Source: Prevotellaceae bacterium
Lineage (GTDB): Bacteria > Bacteroidota > Bacteroidia > Bacteroidales > Bacteroidaceae
Direction: 5' to 3'
Assembly: GCA_029218445.1 (NCBI GenBank)
Contig: JAQXRI010000010.1
Location: 2,381-66,380, forward strand
Length of the DNA: 64,000 nucleotides
Positions 1-8,745 of the stretch are shown here, piece by piece (position 1 is the first letter of the stretch; each line of letters starts with the position of its first letter). Under the pieces are notes generated by a model. The model did no database searches, was not told the origin of the DNA, and was given only the letters and a program-made list of their open reading frames with translations. The position numbers and the translations under genes were made by a program.

Positions 1-1
1 C

Positions 2-1687
2 GAGCAGAAGGTTGACTTGTGCCACGGCATTGCCGTAAGCGGAGCAATGACAGCCGACAAGATGAGACTGTTTTGCCATGAACACGACATACGGCTGATA
101 ATAGATGCCGCCCACCCTTTTGCCGCACATCTTCACTCGACAGTAGCAGAGGTGGCAGCTGACCTCAACATTCCGGCCATACGTTTCGAGCGCATCTTTC
201 CGCCGCGCGACAACGACATCTTTTGGTGCGACAACTACGACGAGGCAATCGACCAAATCACCGACGGCAGCATCGTGTTGGCAACAACGGGAGTGCAGAG
301 CATAGCAAAGCTGAAGCGACTTGATGAGAAAGGCTGTAACGTGTATTACCACATTCTCGACCGACCATCGAGCATTGCCATCGCAACAGCAGAGGGACTG
401 ACACCCGAACAACTGCAAGAGCCCCGACACGCCGACTGCTTGATATTGAAGGAAAGCGGATTGACCGGCGGATACTTGGAAAAGATAGAATGTGCCCGAC
501 AAAAAGGCATGAGGATTATAGCCCTCCGACGACCCGCAACACCCGCCTACTTCAAGACAGTGAACGGCGAACACGGACTAAGACGAATGGTGGAGCAACT
601 GCTTCCCGACTTCTATCCGCTGCACAGCGGGCTGACCACCGGCACATACGCCACAGCCGCCGCCATTGCCGCTTACAATAGGAGCGTGGCTGCTGGGGGT
701 GTGGGCGTCCCGCCCGCACACAACAAGGTTCCCGTCATACTGCCCAACGGCGAAACAATCCACGTCGAGGCACACTATGCCGACGGCTACGCCTATACGA
801 TAAAGGAAAGTGGCGACGACCCCGACGTGACAAACGGCGCAGAGATAAGGGCCAAGGTAGAGCCAACCGACGGAGAACTGACCATCGTTGGCGGCGAAGG
901 CGTGGGACACTTCACTCTCCCCGGCTTCGACTATCCGCCAGGCGAGGCAGCCATCAATCGTGTTCCGCGCGAGATGATCCGCCGCAACCTCAACAACGCC
1001 CATGTAAAGGTGACAATATCGGTGGTTGGCGGCGAACGGTTGGCACAACGCACCTTCAACCCACGCCTCGGCATCGTAGGGGGCATCTCCATTGTTGGTG
1101 TCTCGGGCATAGTAAAGCCCTTCTCTGAAGAAGCCTTTGTGGATAGCATTAGAAGATGTGTGCAAGTGGCGGCACTTGCCCCCCTACCCCCCGGTGGGGG
1201 GTTAAGCAATGCGCAGCCAACACCCCCCGCCGGGGGGCAGGGGGGCCAAATAGTCATCAGCAGCGGAGCCAAAAGCGAACGCCTCGTACGCCAACGCTTC
1301 CCCACACTGCCACCACAGGCATTCGTGGAATATGGCAACTACATAGGTGCCACCATCTCAATAGCCGACGAGCTTGGAATAAAGAGCATCCACCTCGTAA
1401 TGATGATTGGCAAGGCGGTGAAACTCGCCGCCGGACATCTCGACACCCACAGCCGCCGCTCAACGATGGACAGGCAATTCATCGCCCGCATGCTCGAAGA
1501 GGCAGGCTGCACGGCGGACACAGTGGAGAAAGTGGGCACCATAACACTCGCCAAGGAACTGTGGACACTCATACCCGAAACCCAGCACGCCCCGTTCGTC
1601 GAAGTCCTCACAAGACATTGCCACGATGTCTGCTCTCCATTGCTCAAAAACAGTAAACTCGAAATAATAATACTTAAAGAAGAATGA
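2..1687 (+). CDS. cbiD: Fused precorrin-6x reductase (CbiJ/CobK) / cobalt-precorrin-5B C1-methyltransferase CbiD; 5' end truncated by the window
   Basis: Frame is open from position 2. N-terminal IDAAHPFA and ILKESG motifs are CbiJ/CobK-like; GLTTGT, SGDDPDVTNG, TFNPRLGIVGGISIVG and GKAVKLAAGHLDTHS are CbiD motifs. Confidence 0.92.
   Translation, partial: EQKVDLCHGIAVSGAMTADKMRLFCHEHDIRLIIDAAHPFAAHLHSTVAEVAADLNIPAIRFERIFPPRDNDIFWCDNYDEAIDQITDGSIVLATTGVQSIAKLKRLDEKGCNVYYHILDRPSSIAIATAEGLTPEQLQEPRHADCLILKESGLTGGYLEKIECARQKGMRIIALRRPATPAYFKTVNGEHGLRRMVEQLLPDFYPLHSGLTTGTYATAAAIAAYNRSVAAGGVGVPPAHNKVPVILPNGETIHVEAHYADGYAYTIKESGDDPDVTNGAEIRAKVEPTDGELTIVGGEGVGHFTLPGFDYPPGEAAINRVPREMIRRNLNNAHVKVTISVVGGERLAQRTFNPRLGIVGGISIVGVSGIVKPFSEEAFVDSIRRCVQVAALAPLPPGGGLSNAQPTPPAGGQGGQIVISSGAKSERLVRQRFPTLPPQAFVEYGNYIGATISIADELGIKSIHLVMMIGKAVKLAAGHLDTHSRRSTMDRQFIARMLEEAGCTADTVEKVGTITLAKELWTLIPETQHAPFVEVLTRHCHDVCSPLLKNSKLEIIILKEE
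1178..1246. repeat. GC-rich inverted-repeat doublet (REP/REPIN-like) in frame within cbiD
   Basis: GCCCCCCTACCCCCCGGTGGGGGG (1178-1201) and CCCCCCGCCGGGGGGCAGGGGGGC (1223-1246) are reverse complements at 22/24 nt; each arm contains its own C6-N3-G6 hairpin. Confidence 0.8.
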
Positions 1688-2814
1688 GACAAATATTCAT
1701 AGCTATGGCTGCGATGCTCGTCTGCGCATCGTGCAGCAACAAAAGCAAGCCAACTGACAACACAGTCGGCAAGAGCACGACTGTAGAAATAAAGTATGCC
1801 AAAGGATTCACCGTAAGGAACGGTGAAAATGGAATGAGGCTCGTCGATGTGAAAGACCCGCAGAAGGGGAAGTCTAAGACCTACCACTTCGCACTCGTCA
1901 ACGGCAGTGGACAAGGCGTAACAATACCCGACGGCTACACCCGCATCAACGTGCCGATAAAGCGCACCATACTGATGACCATGCTTCAACTGTCGAACTT
2001 CACCGCCCTCAACGCCCACGACGTGGTGAAGGGAATAACAGGCACAAAAAACCTTTTCGACAAAGACATTCTCGAACGGGTGAAGCGTGGCGACATTGTC
2101 AAGATAGGCATGGAGGGAAATTTCGATACAGAGCTTGTCATGGCTGCCAATGCTGAAGTAATATTCATCTCGCCATTCAAACGCGGCGGCTACGACGCCA
2201 TTAAGGAATCAGGGGTGACCCTTGTACCACACCTTGGTTACAAGGAGCTCGACCCTCTCGGGCAAGCTGAATGGATAAAATTCACAGCCATGTTCATAGG
2301 AAAGGAGAAGGAAGCCGACTCGCTGTTCAACGACATCGCCCTGCGCTACAACACACTGAAAGCAAAGGTTGACAGCGTTGGCGGTAAGCGTCCCACGATA
2401 TTCAGCGGCGAAATGCACGGCGGAAACTGGCATGCCGTAGGCGGCAAGAACTATCTTGCACAGATATTCCGCGATGCCGGTGCCGACTACGTAATAAACG
2501 ACGAGAATACAGGCGGAATACCACTCGAATTCGAATCGATGTATGCCAAGGCCGCCAACGCCGACTATTGGCGCGTGCTAAACAGCTATGCCGGCGACTT
2601 CACATACGAAACAATGGAGAAGTCGGAGCCGCGCAACCAACTGTTCAAGGCATTCCGCGACAGGCATGTCATCTACTGCAACATGAAGACCACTCCCTAT
2701 TATGAAATATCACCCGTTATGCCCGACAAAGTGCTTGCCGACTTCGTCGCCATATTCCATCCTGAGCTGATGCCAAACAACTACAGGCCAAAATTCTATT
2801 GTTTGCTGAAATAA
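1684..2814 (+). CDS. ABC transporter substrate-binding lipoprotein (B12/iron-siderophore type, BtuF-like)
   Basis: Lipoprotein signal (VCASC); KYAKGF, ELDPLGQAEWIKF and DFVAIFHPEL motifs; overlaps the cbiD stop. Confidence 0.85.
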   Translation: MRQIFIAMAAMLVCASCSNKSKPTDNTVGKSTTVEIKYAKGFTVRNGENGMRLVDVKDPQKGKSKTYHFALVNGSGQGVTIPDGYTRINVPIKRTILMTMLQLSNFTALNAHDVVKGITGTKNLFDKDILERVKRGDIVKIGMEGNFDTELVMAANAEVIFISPFKRGGYDAIKESGVTLVPHLGYKELDPLGQAEWIKFTAMFIGKEKEADSLFNDIALRYNTLKAKVDSVGGKRPTIFSGEMHGGNWHAVGGKNYLAQIFRDAGADYVINDENTGGIPLEFESMYAKAANADYWRVLNSYAGDFTYETMEKSEPRNQLFKAFRDRHVIYCNMKTTPYYEISPVMPDKVLADFVAIFHPELMPNNYRPKFYCLLK

Positions 2815-3842
2815 TGAAGACAAACATACTGCTGCTGCTCATTGTCCTTGCCATAATTCTGTTTATTGGCAATCTGTTCATCGGCACCGTCAGCATACCG
2901 CTCGATGCCATACTGCGCATATTGCTCGACATGCCCATCGATGATTACGCCGCCGACGACGTTGGCATCTGGCGCAACATAATATGCAACTCACGTCTGC
3001 CGCAAACTTTGACAGCAACGCTTGCCGGTGCCGGGCTGTCGGTCAGCGGGCTTCAGATGCAGACGGTATTCCGCAACCCTCTTGCAGGACCTTCAGTTCT
3101 TGGCGTAAGCAACGGTGCGTCGCTTGGAGTGGCCTTCGTAGTACTTCTGTCGAGCAGCATTGGCAGCATAGCGTTGAGCCGTCTCGGATATGTCGGCGAT
3201 GTGGCAATGACTATAGCCGCCATCATAGGCTCGCTCGGAGTATTGGCTCTGATAATAATGGCGGCCCAGCATGTTCGCGGCAATGTTACACTACTGCTCA
3301 TTGGCGTAATGACGGGATATCTTGCCAACGCCATCATTGGAGTCTTGAAATTCTTCAGTGCCGAAGAAGACGTTAAGGCATACGTGGTGTGGGGCCTTGG
3401 CTGCTTCACCCGCACGTCGGGCAGTCAGCTTGTAGTCTTCACCTTGCTCATGGCCATTCTGCTGCCACTGAGCATGCTGCTCATCAAGACGATGAACATA
3501 CTGCTTCTTGGCGACTCCTACGCCCGCAACCTCGGCCTCGACATTCGCCGTGCCCGCATGGCAGTGATAGTCAGCTCAGGCCTTTTGGCAGCCGTCGTCA
3601 CGGCCTATTGTGGTCCAATCATGTTTGTGGGGCTTGCCGTTCCACATCTTGCCCGTGGACTTTTCCGCACGAGCGACCATCGCTGGCTTATGCCCACGAC
3701 ATTAGTATGCGGGACAGTGCTGACGCTTTTCTGCGGCATTCTGTCCCGCCTGCCGGGGTTTGAGGGAGCGTTGCCCGTCAACAGCGTTACGGCTCTTGTC
3801 GGTGCTCCTGTCATAGCAATGGTACTGCTGAAAAAAGTCTAA
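2814..3842 (+). CDS. FecCD/BtuC-family ABC transporter permease
   Basis: SRLPQ, MQTVFRNPLAGPSVLGVSNGASLG and GPIMFVGLAVPHLAR motifs; ATG at 2814 overlaps the upstream TAA. Confidence 0.9.
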   Translation: MKTNILLLLIVLAIILFIGNLFIGTVSIPLDAILRILLDMPIDDYAADDVGIWRNIICNSRLPQTLTATLAGAGLSVSGLQMQTVFRNPLAGPSVLGVSNGASLGVAFVVLLSSSIGSIALSRLGYVGDVAMTIAAIIGSLGVLALIIMAAQHVRGNVTLLLIGVMTGYLANAIIGVLKFFSAEEDVKAYVVWGLGCFTRTSGSQLVVFTLLMAILLPLSMLLIKTMNILLLGDSYARNLGLDIRRARMAVIVSSGLLAAVVTAYCGPIMFVGLAVPHLARGLFRTSDHRWLMPTTLVCGTVLTLFCGILSRLPGFEGALPVNSVTALVGAPVIAMVLLKKV

Positions 3843-5767
3843 AACTTTCTATAAACGTTGCGCAGAGCCTCGGGATTGCCCATGTCAAACATCTCGCCGT
3901 CGATCTTCACTCCCACCATACCATATTTTTTCCTGACGGCCTCAAGTGCCGTGGTCAATTCTATCTCGCGGCTGGTGTCGTTGTTTTCATAAGCCTCCAA
4001 GATGTCGGCCGCCAACTGTTCATACACTTCCGGAGTAATGATATATTGTCCGAACACCGAATAGTACTCCTTTAGTCCATTGGCGCCAGGCACACCAAGA
4101 AATTCTTCGGCATAATCCACTGAAGGCTTTTCTGCCATCTGCGACACCTTCATTATCGTGCGCTTCTTGTCTTCCCAAAGTCCGCACAGTATGCCATACC
4201 TGTTCACTTCGCCCAAAGGTATCGAGTGGATGCTGAGTGTGAGTTTATTGTGGAGTTCGTACTTCTCAATGAGCTGCAGGGCGCAAGTCTTGTTGGTGGA
4301 ACTGCGGTAGATGGTGTCGCCAAGCATCAGCAGCACGGGTTCGTTGCCGGCAAAGTCGCGGGTTTGATAAACAGCATGTCCAAATCCGCGTTTCTCTTTT
4401 TGTATCACGTACTGCAAGTGTTTGCCTATGTTGAGTATCTTTGCTTCATAGTCCTGGTTGCGCGAGTTCAGCTTTGCCAAATGGTCGGGTGGCAGGGGTG
4501 TCTCAAAAAAGTCGCGATACTGTTGTCTCTCTTCCTCCGAACCCAACACAAGACATATTTCCTCTATGCCGCTTGCTATGAGTTCTTCAAGCAGAATAAG
4601 TATTACGGGCTTTATGAGTCCATCGTCGCAAGGCACGGGAAAGAAGTCTTTCTTCAGACAGCGGGTGGCCGGATAAAGACGTGTGCCATATCCAGCTACG
4701 GGTATGATGGCCTTCCTCACCGTATGCACAGGACACATGGTCAGCTTATAAGCCTGCAAGCCACAGGTGTTAAGGTAGTCGTACAGCTGCTGCTGTGCCT
4801 CCTCGTTGCGTGCAAGAAACTGCACCGACCCATCGCCATGCGAACCTACTCCCTTGCCTCCATATATCAGATGCTGTATGTTTGGGTCGTTAAGCACACG
4901 CTGCAGCTTGGGAGCCTCAAGTGCCGCCGACATTGGCGCCACGTCGGAGTTGAACAGCTGTTCGGCCTCGTTCATAAGCTGTCCCAGCTTCTCCACTTCT
5001 CCGTTGGCCATGTACTGCACAGCCCTCTCTACAATGTCCTGGTTCTTCACGCCAAGGGCCTTCTGCAGCCTCTGCCCCATCTCGTCAGAGGCGAAAGGAT
5101 AGGCGCGGTTAAGGTCGCTGAGAATCTTGATGGTATCTTTTTGGGCGCACAAGTCGGCAAACACCCAGTAGAGGTGCTTCTTGATGTTCAGAGCCTTGAC
5201 ATCCACCTCGTCGCCGTCGAAGGTCATGAGGCTTGGTTTCACGCCAAAGGCACATGCCTGGTCGAGTCGGCCGCAACGCGACTGCGTGCGAAGCTCGCCG
5301 AGATAGGCAATGTTCATCTCGCCAAGTGTGTTGAGATTAAGTTTATAGAGAATGTTGAACGCTCTGGCCACAAGTACGCAGATGGCGGCACTGCTCGACA
5401 AGCCGCTCCTAATGGGCAGCGTCATCGACTTGATGTGAATGTGCACTCCACCAACCTTGTACCATTCAAGCATATACGAAACCACACCGGCACAATAGCA
5501 GAAGAACGAACCCGACTTGGCCACATGCTTCAAGTCATGGTCATGCATCCTGCACGAGAAGTCATGCCACAAATCGGTTATTTCTGGTGCCTCGCTCGTC
5601 ATTTCAAAGGCGGGAGCTTTTTCCACTTCCGCATAGATGCCCTGCTCGATGCCCGTTACAATGGCCGCACCTGCCACTATGTCGGCATTCATCGTTCGGT
5701 AATGTCCTGCCCAGTCAGAATGTTCGCCAAACAGGCATAAACGACCGGGAACGAAAAGTTGTATCAT
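3839..5767 (-). CDS. Bifunctional GHMP-family sugar kinase / GalU-like sugar-1-phosphate nucleotidyltransferase
   Basis: N-terminal PGRLCLFGEHSD, PIRSGLSSSAA and GGKGVGSHGDG are GHMP motifs; C-terminal KAIIPVAGYGTRLYPAT, QKEKRGFGHAV, LGD, EKP and FDMGNP are nucleotidyltransferase motifs. Confidence 0.85.
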   Translation of the reverse strand: MIQLFVPGRLCLFGEHSDWAGHYRTMNADIVAGAAIVTGIEQGIYAEVEKAPAFEMTSEAPEITDLWHDFSCRMHDHDLKHVAKSGSFFCYCAGVVSYMLEWYKVGGVHIHIKSMTLPIRSGLSSSAAICVLVARAFNILYKLNLNTLGEMNIAYLGELRTQSRCGRLDQACAFGVKPSLMTFDGDEVDVKALNIKKHLYWVFADLCAQKDTIKILSDLNRAYPFASDEMGQRLQKALGVKNQDIVERAVQYMANGEVEKLGQLMNEAEQLFNSDVAPMSAALEAPKLQRVLNDPNIQHLIYGGKGVGSHGDGSVQFLARNEEAQQQLYDYLNTCGLQAYKLTMCPVHTVRKAIIPVAGYGTRLYPATRCLKKDFFPVPCDDGLIKPVILILLEELIASGIEEICLVLGSEEERQQYRDFFETPLPPDHLAKLNSRNQDYEAKILNIGKHLQYVIQKEKRGFGHAVYQTRDFAGNEPVLLMLGDTIYRSSTNKTCALQLIEKYELHNKLTLSIHSIPLGEVNRYGILCGLWEDKKRTIMKVSQMAEKPSVDYAEEFLGVPGANGLKEYYSVFGQYIITPEVYEQLAADILEAYENNDTSREIELTTALEAVRKKYGMVGVKIDGEMFDMGNPEALRNVYRKF

Positions 5768-5797
5768 TTATCAATATATGTTAGAGTAATAGCAGTG

Positions 5798-5875
5798 CAA
5801 AGATATAATATTTTAGTTAAAAACACAAATAATCCGAAGAAAATTTGGTGGTTAGAGTAAAAAAATGTACTTTTG
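5798..5875. promoter_or_regulatory. Divergent Bacteroidetes-type promoters (-7 TAnnTTTG)
   Basis: Minus strand TATCTTTG at 5798-5805; plus strand TTTG at 5844-5847 and TACTTTTG at 5868-5875. Confidence 0.6.
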
Positions 5876-5957
5876 CAGGGAAATATTTCAATAAACACTA
5901 ATTTAACGACTTTGCCTATAGGATAAATTCTACTTAATAGTTTTTCAAATTAAGTAA

Positions 5958-6539
5958 ATGAAACGTCAAAATACAATGACCGACGATGAGTTGGCCAAGG
6001 CATACATGTCGGGCGACAACGCTGCATTCGACGTATTGTTGAGCCGCTATAAAACCAAGGTGTTTTCATACATCTTTTCAATGGTGAACGACAGGGAAGT
6101 TGCTGAGGACATTTTTCAGGATGTCTTCATCAAGATAATCGTGAGCCTGCGTGAAGGGCGATACACCAATATAGGATACTTCGGATATTGGGTGTCACGA
6201 ATAACACGCAACGTACTCATCGACCACCACAGGAAAGAAAAAATACTAAAGGCCGGCGGCAACGACAACAACGACCTGACATCACTGAAAATCGACAATC
6301 TGATAGAGTCGAGCTGCGAATCGAACATCATCCATAATCAGCATCAAAAAGATGTTGTGAATTTGATGAACCATCTGCCCGACACGCAACGCGAAGTGGT
6401 GTATATGAAGTTCTTTGAAAACAAGTCGTTCAAGGAAATTGCACAGCAAACCAACGTGAGCATCAACACCTCACTTGGCCGAATGCGCTATGCCATCATC
6501 AACATGAGAAGAATGGCAAGAGAACATGACATATTCTAA
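5958..6539 (+). CDS. ECF-type sigma-70 family RNA polymerase sigma factor
   Basis: Region 2 AEDIFQDVFIK; region 4 LPDTQREVV...SFKEIA...SINTSLGRMRYA. Confidence 0.92.
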   Translation: MKRQNTMTDDELAKAYMSGDNAAFDVLLSRYKTKVFSYIFSMVNDREVAEDIFQDVFIKIIVSLREGRYTNIGYFGYWVSRITRNVLIDHHRKEKILKAGGNDNNDLTSLKIDNLIESSCESNIIHNQHQKDVVNLMNHLPDTQREVVYMKFFENKSFKEIAQQTNVSINTSLGRMRYAIINMRRMAREHDIF

Positions 6540-6618
6540 AAAACGCTCGCGTACACACCTGCCTGTAACCAAGTCGATGTGTACCCAAGCGTTATATGTG
6601 TGTCATTGTGCTCGATTG

Positions 6619-7266
6619 TTATAGATTCCGCAACCCCCTGATTGTCTCTTTGGGATTTTCGGCCTTAAACACGTAGCTGCCGCTCACCAGTACATCCACA
6701 CCAGCTTCCACAAGTCGTGGAGCCGTTTCTGCCTGCACGCCTCCATCCACTTCAATAAGAGCCTTAGAGCCACTTTCTTCGATAAGCCTCTTGAGCCTTT
6801 TTACCTTTGCAATGGTATTTTCGATGAACTTTTGTCCGCCAAAACCAGGATTGACACTCATGAGCAACACCATGTCAATGTCGCCGATAATGTCTTCAAG
6901 CACCGACACCGGCGTGGCGGGGTTTAGCGTCACTCCGGCCTTCATTCCGGCATTGTGTATTTCCTGAACCGTGCGATGCAAGTGCGTACATGCCTCGTAG
7001 TGTACGTTCATCATCATTGCACCAAGCTTTGCCGTCTGCTTGATGTATTGCTCAGGATGTACTATCATGTAGTGTACGTCAAGAGCCTTTGTACACTTTG
7101 AAGCCACTGCCTCAAGAACGGGGAAACCAAACGAGATGTTCGGTACAAACACACCGTCCATGACATCAAGATGAAGCCATTCGGCCTCACTCTCGTTAAT
7201 CATTTCTATGTCGCGGTCGAGATGAAGAAAGTCGGCAGCGAGCAATGAAGGAGATACTATAGTCAT
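6619..7266 (-). CDS. rpe: Ribulose-phosphate 3-epimerase
   Basis: SPSLLAADF, HLDVMDGVFVPN, MSVNPGFGGQKF and VDGG motifs; start adjusted to MTIVSPS. Confidence 0.96.
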   Translation of the reverse strand: MTIVSPSLLAADFLHLDRDIEMINESEAEWLHLDVMDGVFVPNISFGFPVLEAVASKCTKALDVHYMIVHPEQYIKQTAKLGAMMMNVHYEACTHLHRTVQEIHNAGMKAGVTLNPATPVSVLEDIIGDIDMVLLMSVNPGFGGQKFIENTIAKVKRLKRLIEESGSKALIEVDGGVQAETAPRLVEAGVDVLVSGSYVFKAENPKETIRGLRNL

Positions 7267-7307
7267 TGTCTTTTTTTTGTTAGTTACGTTAGCATTATTG
7301 ATTCTTG

Positions 7308-7454
7308 TCAGTTGAGGCAATATGGTATCACTACGCCACCCTCAAGCCTCAGTGGGCGGTAAGTGTAGGCCACTTGGCGAATAAGCTCCAAAACGGCTTC
7401 GCTGGGCTGTACTTCTTCTTGGGTAAAAATTTTCTTCATAAGCAAATTATTCAT
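7308..7454 (-). CDS. Small hypothetical protein (43-48 aa, ends YCLN)
   Basis: Co-oriented ORF filling the fmt-rpe gap: MKKIFTQEEVQPSEAVLELIRQVAYTYR...YCLN, with an AT-rich upstream region. Confidence 0.6.
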   Translation of the reverse strand: MNNLLMKKIFTQEEVQPSEAVLELIRQVAYTYRPLRLEGGVVIPYCLN

Positions 7455-7541
7455 TGTTATCTTTTCTATATAAACGTACACGACTGTCAATTATTATGTC
7501 GATGCACTGTTTTTTTCGTTTTTCCCAAAAAGAAGTGCCAA

Positions 7542-8519
7542 TTACACCAGTCGGCACAGGTTCAAGTCCTTCATGCCATTGATGAAGTCAGACGCTGCCA
7601 TTCGCTTCTTTCCGGCCAGCTGCACCTCGGTAAGTTCCAAGACAAACGAGTCGCCACACTTCACCAGCAATCGGCGTCCGTCAACAACTATGGTTCCGGT
7701 TGTAGCCTCAACACATGCTTCAGTCTTTCTGGCTGCAAACACTTTCAGCACAGCCTCTTTGCCGTCAGCCGTCTTGAGCACTGTCCAAGCTCCAGGTATG
7801 GGACTTAGGCCACGCACAAAATCATATACTTGTTTTGACGTCTTCTCCCAGTCAATGCGGCATGTTTCCTTGAATATTTTTGGAGCAACAGTCAGCTCAG
7901 CTTCATCGGCCATTTCATCCTGAGCCATTGTTTTCGGATGTCCGTCTTCCTTAACTATCAGTTCGACAGTCTTCAGGCACAATTCCGCACCGAGACGCAT
8001 CAATCCGTCATAAACATTCTCTACGTTGTAGTCGTCGGCAATGTCAAATGGCTCCTGCATGATTATCCTGCCCGTATCGATGTCGTGGTCGAGGAAGAAT
8101 GTCGTCACTCCCGTTCGTGTCTCTCCATTTATGATGGCCCAGTTGATGGGTGCCGCCCCACGATATTGCGGCAGTAGTGCCGCATGCACGTTGAACGTGC
8201 CGTATTCGGGCATGTCCCACACCACTTCGGGCAGCATTCTGAAGGCCACTACCACCTGCAGATTGGCATTGTAGGAGCGCAGCTCTTCAACAAACGCCTC
8301 GTCCTTCATTTTCACTGGCTGAAGCACAGGCAGCTGATGTTCCTGTGCATATCGTTTCACGGCCGACGGCTGCAACACACTGCCATGACGGCCCACAGGC
8401 TTGTCGGGTTGCGTTACCACAGCCACTACGTTATACTCGTTTTTTACGAGTGCGTCAAGTGTCTCTACGGCAAACTCTGGAGTTCCCATAAAAACAATGC
8501 GTAAATCCTCTTTCTTCAT
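7542..8519 (-). CDS. fmt: Methionyl-tRNA formyltransferase
   Basis: IVFMGTPEFA, VVTQPDKPVGR and NVHAALLPQYRGAAPINWA motifs. Confidence 0.97.
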   Translation of the reverse strand: MKKEDLRIVFMGTPEFAVETLDALVKNEYNVVAVVTQPDKPVGRHGSVLQPSAVKRYAQEHQLPVLQPVKMKDEAFVEELRSYNANLQVVVAFRMLPEVVWDMPEYGTFNVHAALLPQYRGAAPINWAIINGETRTGVTTFFLDHDIDTGRIIMQEPFDIADDYNVENVYDGLMRLGAELCLKTVELIVKEDGHPKTMAQDEMADEAELTVAPKIFKETCRIDWEKTSKQVYDFVRGLSPIPGAWTVLKTADGKEAVLKVFAARKTEACVEATTGTIVVDGRRLLVKCGDSFVLELTEVQLAGKKRMAASDFINGMKDLNLCRLV

Positions 8520-8543
8520 TAATCTTATTTTTTTAATCTTCAA

Positions 8544-8745
8544 CTTTGAACATTGAATATTGAAAATTGAAAGTTGAAAATTGAATATTGAATTGCTGCG
8601 CTTTATTTTAAATCCTCAGGTATTCAATTTTCAACTTTCATTTTTCAACCTTCAATCTTCAACTTTCAATTTTCAACTTTCAATCTTCAACTTTCAATTT
8701 TCAACTTTCAATTTTCAACTTTCAATCTTCAACTTTCAATCTTCA
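8544..8745. repeat. Inverted pair of 7-bp tandem arrays (nnTTGAA x7 / TTCAAnn x~17)
   Basis: Arrays at 8544-8592 and 8623-8741 flank a ~30-nt spacer that begins TTGCTGCGC. Confidence 0.9.

Noticed and set aside
4226-5740. 504-aa plus-strand ORF
   Set aside because: Antisense shadow of the kinase/nucleotidyltransferase gene; no recognisable motifs.
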